Source: an uncultured Thermotogae bacterium (GTDB lineage: Bacteria; Bipolaricaulota; Bipolaricaulia; UBA7950). Taken from it: a stretch of 37,282 bases of DNA. The position numbers and the translations under genes were made by a program. The DNA lies in contig CAZORT010000001.1 of assembly GCA_964582575.1 (NCBI GenBank), forward strand, positions 1 to 37,282, written 5' to 3'. This document shows, piece after piece, positions 25,415 through 34,716 of the stretch. The notes under the pieces are model-generated. The model did not search any database and was not told where the DNA came from. It saw only the letters and a list, made by a program, of their open reading frames with translations. Numbering within the stretch: the first letter of the stretch is position 1; each line of letters begins with the position of its first letter.

Positions 25415-27559
25415 TCAATACCCTCTGCTCTTAATAATTCGTTCTTTTATGCTTTCTGGTACTGGCGCATAATGCGTTACCCACAGCGAATGAGTCGCTC
25501 GACCTTGAGTTAACGAGCGCAATTGTGTCGCATAACCGAACATCTCCGCGAGCGGAACAGCAACCGTAATCACCTGCACCGCATCCCTTATTATTACCTC
25601 TTTAATCATTCCGCGTCGCCGGCTAATATCATCCATCACATCGCCTAAATAATCAACCGGCGTGACGATCTCACCTTCCATAATCGGCTCTAAAAGAACA
25701 AAATCTACTTTGCTGCCCGCTTTACGGAATGCACGCGCCGCAGCAGATCTAAATGCCAAATCGGAAGAATCAACTGGATGGAATGACCCACCGACAAGTA
25801 CAGCTTTGATATCGACTATAGTGTAACCGGCCAACGGCCCATTGTCCAATGCGGAGATCAATCCGGCTTCGACAGATGAGATGTATTCTCGTGGAATCTC
25901 TCCCCGCTTAATCTCCGATTTAAACTCAAACCCTGACCCTCTCTTCTGTGGCGTGAGTTCAAGAATAACATGCCCATACTGACCATGCCCGCCAGTCTGC
26001 TTGACAAACTTCTCCTCTACTACTACTGATGCGCCCAGTGTCTCGCGATAGGAGACCTGTGGTAATCCCGCATTAACATCAACCCTTAAGTCATCTCGTA
26101 ATCGCTGCAGCAAGACTTCAAGATGTAGTTCTCCCATCCCAGAGAGAATTATCTGATTTGTTTCATCTGAGACCGACACACTGAATGTAGGATCCTCTGC
26201 TTCTAATTCCTGCAATGCTTTTGTCAATCGAGCGGATTCAGAGTCGGCGAGCGGCTCAATCGCCACTGAAATCACTGGCTCAGGGAATCTTATCTTTTCT
26301 AATAAGATTGGTTGCTCCACATCACATATTGTGTCACCGGTAGAGATATTCTGCGAACTGACTACGGCAATAATATCACCGGCCGTTGCTTGTTTCAAAG
26401 GAGTCCGATCATTAGCATGCATTCTATATAATTTCATTATTCGTAGTTTCTGCTTTTGCGAAGAGTTAAAGACGGTCTGGCCTGCGCCCAGCGTCCCTGA
26501 ATATATCCGTAAAAAGACAAGCCGACCAGCGTAACGATCAGTCATAACTTTATACGCAAGTGCCGCAAGTGGTGCTTGATCATCAGCAGAACGTACTATG
26601 GATGGATCATCTATTGCGTGTACCGACGGAACATCAAGCGGCGACGGTAAGTAACCGGTGATCGCATCAAGGAGTGGTTGGATTCCTTGGTCTGTGAACG
26701 CTGATCCCCCAAGTACAGGCACATAGGCAAACTCTAAACAGCCCAGTCGAAGTGTGCGATAAAAGAGATTAAGATCAATATCTCCTTCATTCAAATATTG
26801 AGTCATTACACGTTCGTCGATCTCGGCAACACGCTCCACCGCCATCTCGCGGTACCTCTTAATCTGATTGATCAACTGCCGCGAAAAAGAAAGTTCCCCG
26901 CCTTCTTTGACCGGAATTAATTTGCACTGAATTTCTGTTGATCTCCTCTCCCAGATCATCAAATTCATCTTTAATATGTCGATCATTCCGAGTAAACGAC
27001 GGTCAGAATTACGATATGGAAATTGTAACGGGACTGTTCTTCCGCCTAATCGATCCTCAATCATCTCTATTGTCTTGGCAAAATTAGACTCCACTCGATC
27101 AAGCTTATTTATAAAGACAATACGCGGAACATTATACTGGTCAGCTTGCCGCCAGACTGTTTCTGATTGGGCTTCTACCATCTCGACCCCCGAGAAGAGA
27201 ACGACACCGCCGTCGAGTATCCGCAATGACCTTTCTACTTCCGCTGTAAAATCAATATGGCCCGGCGTATCAATAATGTTGATTTGATAGTCCTTCCACG
27301 GGCAACTGGTAACAGCAGAAGTTATTGTTATCCCCCTCTCTCGCTCTTGTGCCATCCAATCCATCTCTGTATTACCTTCATGGACTTCTCCTGTCTTATG
27401 AATTTGCCCCGTAACGAACAGTATCCGTTCGGTCAAAGTTGTTTTGCCGGCATCAATATGCGCAACAATCCCAATATTTCTTATTTTATCCATTCTCACA
27501 GCTCTACTTTCTGCCGGAGAAAGTAAAACTCTTCCTCTAACAGTTGACATAGTGGTCAA
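25415..27559 (-). CDS. fusA: Translation elongation factor G
   Basis: IRNIGIVAHIDAGKTT, DWMAQERERGITITSA, NIIDTPGHIDF and NKLDR G-domain motifs plus domains II-V, in the str-operon position after rpsG. The start is uncertain: TTG 27559 (AAGGAA upstream), ATG 27550 or ATG 27493. The stop is 1 nt from the rpsJ ATG. Confidence 0.92.
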   Translation of the reverse strand: MTTMSTVRGRVLLSPAESRAVRMDKIRNIGIVAHIDAGKTTLTERILFVTGQIHKTGEVHEGNTEMDWMAQERERGITITSAVTSCPWKDYQINIIDTPGHIDFTAEVERSLRILDGGVVLFSGVEMVEAQSETVWRQADQYNVPRIVFINKLDRVESNFAKTIEMIEDRLGGRTVPLQFPYRNSDRRLLGMIDILKMNLMIWERRSTEIQCKLIPVKEGGELSFSRQLINQIKRYREMAVERVAEIDERVMTQYLNEGDIDLNLFYRTLRLGCLEFAYVPVLGGSAFTDQGIQPLLDAITGYLPSPLDVPSVHAIDDPSIVRSADDQAPLAALAYKVMTDRYAGRLVFLRIYSGTLGAGQTVFNSSQKQKLRIMKLYRMHANDRTPLKQATAGDIIAVVSSQNISTGDTICDVEQPILLEKIRFPEPVISVAIEPLADSESARLTKALQELEAEDPTFSVSVSDETNQIILSGMGELHLEVLLQRLRDDLRVDVNAGLPQVSYRETLGASVVVEEKFVKQTGGHGQYGHVILELTPQKRGSGFEFKSEIKRGEIPREYISSVEAGLISALDNGPLAGYTIVDIKAVLVGGSFHPVDSSDLAFRSAAARAFRKAGSKVDFVLLEPIMEGEIVTPVDYLGDVMDDISRRRGMIKEVIIRDAVQVITVAVPLAEMFGYATQLRSLTQGRATHSLWVTHYAPVPESIKERIIKSRGY

Positions 27560-27588
27560 TTAAATTTCCTTATTATTTATTCACTCAA

Positions 27589-28047
27589 TTACCAGCGGTA
27601 ATGAGCAAAAGCCTTATTAGATTCGGCCATTCGGTGGGCTTCCAGTTTTTTACTGTATGCTTTTCCTTCTTTACGACTTGCCTCTAAAATTTCTCCTGCA
27701 ATCCTCTCAACCATTCTCTTCTCCCCGCGCGTCTGCGCTGCCTGCGTGATCCACCGCAAAGCAAGGGCAATACGCCGGGAAGGTGATACTTCATACGGAA
27801 CTTGATAGTTAGCTCCACCTACTCGTCGCGTACGAACTGCCAGTAGTGGCGAACAGCACGCAACTGCTTCAGTAAATAGCTCAAGCGCTGGAGTACCACT
27901 GCGCTTTTCCGCTAATGCTAGCGCATCGTAGACAATCCGCTGCGCCACTCCTTGTTTCCCATCGGCCATAATATAGTTGGTAAATTTCTCAACTAATTTA
28001 CTGCCATAGCGGATATCAGGGCTCAAATCACGTCCAGGTAATTTCAT
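27589..28047 (-). CDS. rpsG: 30S ribosomal protein S7
   Basis: PDIRYGSKLVEKFTNYIMADGKQGVAQRIVYDAL...VRTRRVGGANYQVPYEV...RRIALALRW...AFAHYRW. Confidence 0.95.
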   Translation of the reverse strand: MKLPGRDLSPDIRYGSKLVEKFTNYIMADGKQGVAQRIVYDALALAEKRSGTPALELFTEAVACCSPLLAVRTRRVGGANYQVPYEVSPSRRIALALRWITQAAQTRGEKRMVERIAGEILEASRKEGKAYSKKLEAHRMAESNKAFAHYRW

Positions 28048-28208
28048 CTTTGTTTTATTCTCCTAAATTATTTAGCCACGAAACGATCAATTTATCAGAG
28101 ATTCCATTCATTGGTTCTATAACTTTCAACCCATATTTTTGCCATCTTGGCCATTATAGCGCTTTGATTCTTTATTGTTTTGTTACACAGCAAGGCCAAG
28201 GTCAAAGA

Positions 28209-28580
28209 TTAAGCAGACTTTTTTGCACCATATTTTGAGCGGCCGCGCATGCGACCTTCAACCCCTGCAGTATCAAGCGCTCCACGCACAATATGATACC
28301 GGGTGCCGGGAAGATCTTGGACCCGCCCACCGCGCACTAAGACAATAGAGTGCTCTTGAAGATTATGTCCTTCCCCTCCGATGTAAGCTGTGACAAGTTT
28401 GCCATTACTCAATCGTACCCGCGCAACTTTACGCAAAGCAGAATTAGGTTTTTTCGGCGTTCTTGTATATACACGCGTACATACACCTCTTTTTTGCGGA
28501 CAAAGGTCAAGAGCACGTGATTTGCTCTGTTTTACTTTGGCCTTACGTCCATGTCTGATCAATTGATTTATCGTCGGCAT
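28209..28580 (-). CDS. rpsL: 30S ribosomal protein S12
   Basis: [12 protein letters not shown]...[72 protein letters not shown]. Confidence 0.97.
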   Translation of the reverse strand: MPTINQLIRHGRKAKVKQSKSRALDLCPQKRGVCTRVYTRTPKKPNSALRKVARVRLSNGKLVTAYIGGEGHNLQEHSIVLVRGGRVQDLPGTRYHIVRGALDTAGVEGRMRGRSKYGAKKSA

Positions 28581-28610
28581 CTTTATGTATACTCCTAAAA
28601 AAGTAATTTA

Positions 28611-28639
28611 ATTATATATTGTCATTGCGCTGTTGTCAA
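28611..28639 (-). promoter_or_regulatory. Consensus sigma-70-type promoter for rpsL-rpsG-fusA
   Basis: The minus strand reads TTGACA (28639-28634), a 17-nt spacer and TATAAT (28616-28611). It sits in the 87-nt rpoC-rpsL spacer, about 30 nt upstream of the rpsL ATG. Confidence 0.6.
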
Positions 28640-28667
28640 CTACACGTTACCAACTCAACCCACAACT

Positions 28668-31600
28668 CTACTCTGCATCTTCATCGACATCTTCTCTCTC
28701 TTCATTAATCTTCCTTCTAAACCCAGTGCCGACTGGTATCTTCTTTCCCGCAATGACACATGGTTTGAGCCCTTCAAGTTTATCTACATCTCCACGCAAG
28801 GCAGCCTCGGCAAGGATAGTAGTCGTCCGTTGGAACGAAGCAGCGGAAAGCCATCCTTTGGTCGTTAATGCAACTTTAGATATCCGTAATAATTCCCGTT
28901 CCCCGGTCGGCAAGATCAAATCTCGAAGCGGAATCACTATCTCTTCTCCACCACGAGTTCCAATTGCTTCTGCTAATCCTGCTTTTTGGGCGGCTGCAAG
29001 AATATTGGCGGTAAATGGTTCTCCTGCTGTTGCGATCACTCGCCCTAAAGCAATAAGATCGCGTGCAACTTCTGCCGGAGGTGTCGTTGTATCTCCCAAT
29101 ACCTCTTGTCTAATACGACTTGCAGCCGCATTGAGCTGTGAAATCCTTGCAATCTCTGCCCGAAAAGTTTCCAGGGAAATCAAACTATTTAGTAATAAAT
29201 CCGCATCTCCTGGATTGATGATCCGTACGTTGTTTAAGACTTGACGAATGACGATTTCAATGTGTTTATCATTTATATCAACACCTTGAGTTTTATAGAC
29301 TTTATGAATTTCGCTCAATAGATAGTTGCGTGTCTTGCTAACTCCTGATGCCTCCAGTAAAATATGTGGAGGAACAACTCCTTTTGTAAGAAGATCTCCT
29401 TTTCTAACCTTGTCGCCAACACTAACAGTGGATCGCTGTTCTAATTCTACTTGGCTGACGTAATGTAAATAGATCGTGGTCAATTCATTCTCTTCTTCCA
29501 CTTTCTCGACAACTACTGATCCCGAGCGTTGACCATTAAGTTGCAGAATGCGTTCTCCTGATTTTACAGTATCCCCATGCTCTTTCATTAACTGGATATC
29601 ATCGGTAAGAGGAACGCGAAGGCCATTGATCTGCGGCGTAAAGACAAGGATTCTCCCATTAACCAGAACTGCTTCGCCCTCTCCTTCCGCAGTGATTACC
29701 AATGATTTTGACTTTGAGATGAGTTTGGCGCCTGGATTCACCAAATCTCCTTCTTTGACCAATGGCCGTGCGCCAAAGGCGAGTGGATATGAATGAACAG
29801 TTCCATCATCGCTGACTACACGAAGCTGACGACCATTCTCTTGTTCCAATTCAACCACACCGGCGCTGTCGGAGATAACCGTTGCAATATTAAACTGCTC
29901 TGTCAACGGAGTTCCTGCTATAACTGTATCTTTATCTTTGACAACAGGAATCGCTTCTTCAGGCAGGTTGTATATTTGTCCACCCATCTTGGTATTAATG
30001 ATCAGCAACTCTTTTCTGCCCTCGTTCTCCTTTAAAAATAGTTCGCCGTCGCAAGGACTCTTCGCCACAACCAGATCTTCCACTGCTATTACTTCAGATT
30101 CCTCTCCTTTGAGAAGACTCAGGTTTGCAAAAGCAGATGGAATACGAATGGATCGCTCTTCTCCTGTAATCTCCACTATCTCTCTCCCTTCGGGAGAAGA
30201 TAATATACGCGAAATATAACCATCAAGAGAAGATACTACAGCTTGTGCACTTTTCATTGTTGTACGTGCTTCAAATAGTTCTTCAGCGCGAGGTAGTCCT
30301 TGGGTAATATCAATACCAGCTACACCGCCAGTATGGAATGTACGCATCGTTAACTGCGTCCCTGGCTCACCAATCGACTGAGCAGCAATAACTCCTACAG
30401 CTGTGCCAAGCGCCACTGGCTGATGACAACTAAGATCAAAGCCGTAACATAATTGGCAGATCCCTCCTTCGGTTTCACAAGTCATAGGAGAACGGATAAC
30501 GATTCGCGGGCGCAATTTGATTTTCGTGAAGCCAACACGGTGTAATCCTTCTGCTAAATAAGCAGTGAATATTTCGTCTTCGCTTATTAAAACCCGGCCA
30601 TCCTCTGGATCTTGAATATCTGCTACGCTCTTCATTCCCACCGCTCTTTGTACCTGATCTTTCTCATTGAGATCAAACTCATGTTGCAAAGTGCCGAGCA
30701 AAGAAGCCATATCTTGGTCGATCCACTCGTTCGCAGCAATCAGAATCTCTCCAGAACGCGGGTCAATCACGGGCTCAGCTGTGACGCGACCATAAATCCT
30801 ATTTGCAATCTCTACCATAAGATCGCCTTTACTGAACCAAAGCGGACTTACCTCTGCCCCTTGATGAGTGCCACAATCTTTTTCAGTGATGATAACATCG
30901 GAGCACGCATCGACCAGCCGACGGGTCAGATAGCCTGACTCCGCTGTTTTAAGTGCTGTATCCGCAGCGCCTTTTCTTCCTCCGTGGGTAGAGATAAAGT
31001 ATTCCATCATATCTAACCCTTCACGGAAGTTGGAAATAACAGGCCGTTCAATGATCTCACCGGAAGGATTGGCCATCGGCCCGCGCATACCGCATAATTG
31101 TTTAACCTGATCTGGTCCCCCGCGCGCTCCTGAAATGACGATACCATACAGCGGGTTAAACATGTGATTGCTCAAGTTGTTCATCGCCGCATCTTCTACC
31201 ATATCAACTGTCTGTCGCCAAATCTTAATCACAGCTTGAGAACGTTCTGCTTCAGTAGCGAGACCACTCTCGTACATCTTATTCATGAGCAAGACACGGG
31301 CATACGAACGGTGTATGATCTCTTCCTTCTCTGGCGGGATCAAACAATCTTTTAATGATATTGTCAAACCGGCTTGCGTTGCATGCTTAAATCCCATATC
31401 TTTTAAGGCATCAAGGAGAGTGGTCACTTTCTCAATACCATAGAGATGATAACATTTCATGATCAGTTGTTTTATCTCTTTGCGACCATACTGACGTTTA
31501 TAATCACGAATCACTGGCGGCAAGATAAGATTCAATTCAACTCTACCTAAGGTCGAATCGATCAGTTGACCGTCAAGCTTGATTTTAATTGCACTATGCA

Positions 31601-33635
31601 AATCAATTATCCCCTCTTCATGTGCTCGTCTCGCCTCATCAATATTCTTGAAGTATTTGCCCGTTCCTTTTCCATCAGGATTTATTGCGGTCATATAATG
31701 GCAAGCAAAGATCGGATCCTGAGATGGTACGGTCAGTGGTTCACCATTAGACGGCGAAAGAATATTCAGCGGAGCAGCCATAATATTACGTGCTTCAGCG
31801 ACCGCCTCTGCTGTAAGCGGAAGATGGACCGACATCTGGTCACCATCAAAGTCAGCGTTATAAGGAGGACAGACGAACGGATGAATATGAATCGCCTCTC
31901 CGTCGACTAAAAGCGGTTCAAAAGCTTGAATCGACATGCGATGGAGCGTTGGCTGACGGTTCAGAAGTACTGGATGGTCTTTAATCAGTTCTTCCAGGAT
32001 ATCCCACACCTCAGGCATCTCTCCCAATAGTGCTTTATTCTTGATGTCATCATAGTCCGAGAAAGCGATCTCTTTCAATCTGCTTAAGATAAACGGTTTA
32101 AAAAGTTCAAGTGCTATTTTCTTCGGCAAACCACATTGATGCAATTTGAGCTTCGGATCGGGAACGATCACTGCCCGGCCTGAGTAATCAACCCGTCGAC
32201 CGAGGAGGTTGCGACGTAATCTTCCATGTTTACCCTGTAACCGTTCGGAAAGAGACTTCAGTGGCCGATTATCACGTCCACTAATCGGTGTTTCCTTCTT
32301 CTCGTTATAAATAAGTGCATCAACTGATTCTTGCAGCATCCGTCGTTCATTGCGGAGAATCACCTCTGGTGCCCCCATTGCAATCAATTTTCTCAAGCGG
32401 TTATTACGATTAATTATCCGTCGATAAAGATCATTTAAGTCAGTGGTAGCAAACTTACCACCATCTAACTGGATGATCGGCCGTAAAAACGGAGGGAGGA
32501 TGGGAATTACATCCAATACCATATTCTGAGGTCGGTTGCCTGATTTGCGTAATTGATCGACAACTGAAAGTTGTTTAACGATCCGCCATTGTTTTCCCTG
32601 ACTCGTCTCAACGCTCATCTTTTCGTTTAACTGGCGACTCAATTCATCAAGATCAAGCTGAGTCAAAAGTTCTTTGACCCCATGAGCACCGGTATAAATT
32701 TCAATTTTCCCCGGATATATTCGTTCCCATGCACGCTTTTCAAGATATGAAACTCGATCACCGACCTTAAGCGGAATAGCTAGATCCTTCACTTTAGTGA
32801 CAAAGAAACGCAAAGAATCTAAATTCTCCTCAATTGCCGTGCCGCGTAAATCTGTCCCATAATGTGCGGAGAAAAGATCAAATGCCGTTTGCGAGCAGAG
32901 ATCGTCAACTGGTGTTTTCGCCAGCACCGTGCCGGACTCAACTTCATCCCCATCTTCTACAAGTAAAGGAACAGCAGGAGATACCGGATACGCTTGCGAT
33001 CCCACCACAACGAAGACCATCGGCTCGCCATTGGTCAATTTTCTTTCCTCAATTGCTACTATACCCTTTTCACTGGTAACGACCGGCAAAGGATCTTCGA
33101 TATAGATTGCCGCCTCGACATCAAACGTAAAGAGACGACGGAGAATTTGTATTTCGGACCCATAAAGAATTTCCCCAATCCGGATATCTTTTACTTGTGA
33201 GGCAGTAACGATATAAAGAGACTCAATGCTTGGTTCGGTTTCGTAATATACGATCTGTGCCAGTTCTTTCTTTTTTATTCCTAATAAGCGGGATAAAGGA
33301 CTGGATACCCCTGCGAGAAACCAAAAATGGACAACAGGACTAACTAAGGATATATGACCAATATTAATACGCCGTGCTGCTGACGAAGTCACCAGAACAC
33401 TACATTTTTCACAAGTTATCCCTTCATATTTTTTCCCTTTATATTTACCACAACTGCACTCGTAATCATTTTCAGGACCGAATATCTGTTCAGCATAAAG
33501 CCCGTCTTTCTCCGGCTTATGGGTGCGATAGTTTATTGTTTCCGCGTTAGTCACTTCTCCATGCGACCATTCAAGTAGTGTCTCGGGAGAAGCCAATTCC
33601 AATTTTATCTTATATATATCATCACCAGAGATCAA
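28668..33635 (-). CDS. rpoC: DNA-directed RNA polymerase beta-prime subunit, unusually long (1655 aa)
   Basis: Zn finger [35 protein letters not shown], catalytic NADFDGDQM, bridge/trigger region [45 protein letters not shown] and C-terminal SAASFQRTT...IPVGTG. TTG start 6 nt after AGGAGG. Confidence 0.97.
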   Translation of the reverse strand: MISGDDIYKIKLELASPETLLEWSHGEVTNAETINYRTHKPEKDGLYAEQIFGPENDYECSCGKYKGKKYEGITCEKCSVLVTSSAARRINIGHISLVSPVVHFWFLAGVSSPLSRLLGIKKKELAQIVYYETEPSIESLYIVTASQVKDIRIGEILYGSEIQILRRLFTFDVEAAIYIEDPLPVVTSEKGIVAIEERKLTNGEPMVFVVVGSQAYPVSPAVPLLVEDGDEVESGTVLAKTPVDDLCSQTAFDLFSAHYGTDLRGTAIEENLDSLRFFVTKVKDLAIPLKVGDRVSYLEKRAWERIYPGKIEIYTGAHGVKELLTQLDLDELSRQLNEKMSVETSQGKQWRIVKQLSVVDQLRKSGNRPQNMVLDVIPILPPFLRPIIQLDGGKFATTDLNDLYRRIINRNNRLRKLIAMGAPEVILRNERRMLQESVDALIYNEKKETPISGRDNRPLKSLSERLQGKHGRLRRNLLGRRVDYSGRAVIVPDPKLKLHQCGLPKKIALELFKPFILSRLKEIAFSDYDDIKNKALLGEMPEVWDILEELIKDHPVLLNRQPTLHRMSIQAFEPLLVDGEAIHIHPFVCPPYNADFDGDQMSVHLPLTAEAVAEARNIMAAPLNILSPSNGEPLTVPSQDPIFACHYMTAINPDGKGTGKYFKNIDEARRAHEEGIIDLHSAIKIKLDGQLIDSTLGRVELNLILPPVIRDYKRQYGRKEIKQLIMKCYHLYGIEKVTTLLDALKDMGFKHATQAGLTISLKDCLIPPEKEEIIHRSYARVLLMNKMYESGLATEAERSQAVIKIWRQTVDMVEDAAMNNLSNHMFNPLYGIVISGARGGPDQVKQLCGMRGPMANPSGEIIERPVISNFREGLDMMEYFISTHGGRKGAADTALKTAESGYLTRRLVDACSDVIITEKDCGTHQGAEVSPLWFSKGDLMVEIANRIYGRVTAEPVIDPRSGEILIAANEWIDQDMASLLGTLQHEFDLNEKDQVQRAVGMKSVADIQDPEDGRVLISEDEIFTAYLAEGLHRVGFTKIKLRPRIVIRSPMTCETEGGICQLCYGFDLSCHQPVALGTAVGVIAAQSIGEPGTQLTMRTFHTGGVAGIDITQGLPRAEELFEARTTMKSAQAVVSSLDGYISRILSSPEGREIVEITGEERSIRIPSAFANLSLLKGEESEVIAVEDLVVAKSPCDGELFLKENEGRKELLIINTKMGGQIYNLPEEAIPVVKDKDTVIAGTPLTEQFNIATVISDSAGVVELEQENGRQLRVVSDDGTVHSYPLAFGARPLVKEGDLVNPGAKLISKSKSLVITAEGEGEAVLVNGRILVFTPQINGLRVPLTDDIQLMKEHGDTVKSGERILQLNGQRSGSVVVEKVEEENELTTIYLHYVSQVELEQRSTVSVGDKVRKGDLLTKGVVPPHILLEASGVSKTRNYLLSEIHKVYKTQGVDINDKHIEIVIRQVLNNVRIINPGDADLLLNSLISLETFRAEIARISQLNAAASRIRQEVLGDTTTPPAEVARDLIALGRVIATAGEPFTANILAAAQKAGLAEAIGTRGGEEIVIPLRDLILPTGERELLRISKVALTTKGWLSAASFQRTTTILAEAALRGDVDKLEGLKPCVIAGKKIPVGTGFRRKINEEREDVDEDAE

Positions 33636-33792
33636 TTGTTACCTCCTATAGTTTCTTGCCAACGTTAAAATTCGTCTGATTACGCAAACCTTGCCTCTCT
33701 TAAAATGAACGCGAACCGGAAATAAAGAGACGAGGAGGGAAGAGAGATGCAAAGAACAATGACCTCGCCCCTCATTCTTTGAACCTTGTTGC

Positions 33793-34065
33793 TTAGTCCT
33801 CGTTCCTATTCTCTTTATCTTCGCCCGTTGTGCCTCGTTCTTCGGTCTTTGAATCGTGTTCCTCATTCCGTGTTCTTCGTGTACAGGTAGTTCGATAATC
33901 AGTCGAATGATAACCATTACCCTTGTATATCACGCCAACACGCGGCAAAAGCCGATCTATTGACATGCTGTCACATTTTAAACATCTCGCCATTTGGTCA
34001 TTACCACGCTGCAAGACTTTGAACTCTGCTCCGCAGTCGCGGCATTGATAACGAAAAAAAGGCAT
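33793..34065 (-). CDS. FmdB-family (CxxC_CxxC_SSSS) zinc-ribbon protein with a charged tail
   Basis: MPFFRYQCRDCGAEFKVLQRGNDQMARCLKCDS...GVIYKGNGYHSTDY matches the FmdB/TIGR02605 pattern. The ATG at 34065 follows AAGGAGG, and the 30 upstream codons of the track ORF are non-coding leader. Confidence 0.75.
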   Translation of the reverse strand: MPFFRYQCRDCGAEFKVLQRGNDQMARCLKCDSMSIDRLLPRVGVIYKGNGYHSTDYRTTCTRRTRNEEHDSKTEERGTTGEDKENRNED

Positions 34066-34347
34066 CTCTATTTCCTCCTTCTTCTGCCTGTCAGGTTGTC
34101 CGAGCCGTAGTTTGAAATGGTAGAAATTCACCGTTCCCCGTCTGTGTGCGAACACGCACAGGCAGGCAGGGTTGAAAATAATTGAGTGACTCCTCCCTCA
34201 CGATCATACTTCCTGAAGCCGTACCCCTATCATAATCTTCATTATGTCATAATTCTGAGCCGTCCGCCTGTACCTATCAGTACGCAGATAGGTAAGCCGT
34301 CTTCTCTTCATCGCTTTCTGTCCGTAACTACTCAGGGGGTCAGACGC

Positions 34348-34556
34348 CAGGAGCCAGAATAAAACATTACATATCTGTCAGTTGCAAAGATTTCCCCCGG
34401 AGCCTGCCCTGAGCGCTATAAGATCCTTCGCTTCGCTCAGGATGACTGCAGAGCAGTCAGATTCCTCGCTTCGCTCGGAATGACAGAAGCGAAGGGGTCG
34501 AAATGACAAGATAATAGTGAAACGCACTACTGGCTCCCTTTTTATTCTGACTCCTG
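34348..34556. repeat. REP/MITE-like non-coding element bounded by a 17-nt inverted repeat, with internal direct repeats
   Basis: caggagccagaataaaa (34348-34364) matches the reverse complement of ttttattctgactcctg (34540-34556) at 16 of 17 positions. Inside are two ~23-nt direct repeats, tccttcgcttcgctcaggatgac (34424-34446) and ttcctcgcttcgctcggaatgac (34462-34484), the latter pairing with gaagcga (34486-34492). Confidence 0.7.
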
Positions 34557-34716
34557 AATTCTGACTTCTGTCTCCTGAGTAAATTTTTCTAATTAAACTG
34601 GTAAGGATAACACGAATTAATAAGTGTAACATAAGTTAATATTTTTATCAACATCAAATATCCGCGCAATATGTCTCATCATGAGAAAGATAAAGAAATA
34701 GAAAAGAAATTCGCGA

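Noticed and set aside
24761-25434. Two + strand ORFs (24761..24982 and 24976..25434) that start with the identical peptide MLNPTFQNYQQTNCSVLFLFTNSNAVF.
   Set aside because: The identity is a by-product of the 215-bp duplication read on the wrong strand. The second ORF runs antisense through rpsJ. They are not a gene family.
10923-33200. About 50 plus-strand (and a few minus-strand alternate-frame) track ORFs of 60-200 aa across the ribosomal/rpoC cluster, for example 11808..12119, 16111..16461, 17730..17981, 22437..22745, 26976..27287, 28633..29244 and 31566..31910.
   Set aside because: All lie antisense to, or out of frame with, unmistakable conserved genes. They have biased low-complexity composition and no SD. 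They are shadow ORFs.
33639-33917. 92-aa minus-strand ORF between rpoC and the FmdB-type gene.
   Set aside because: It overlaps the 3' part of the well-supported FmdB-type gene in another frame and runs into the rpoC leader. It has no motif support.
34378-34632. 84-aa ORF (…FCHSERSEESDCSAVILSEAKDLIALRAGSGG…).
   Set aside because: It is a translation of the REP/MITE-like repeats. This peptide signature is a known artefact of repeat DNA, and there is no SD.
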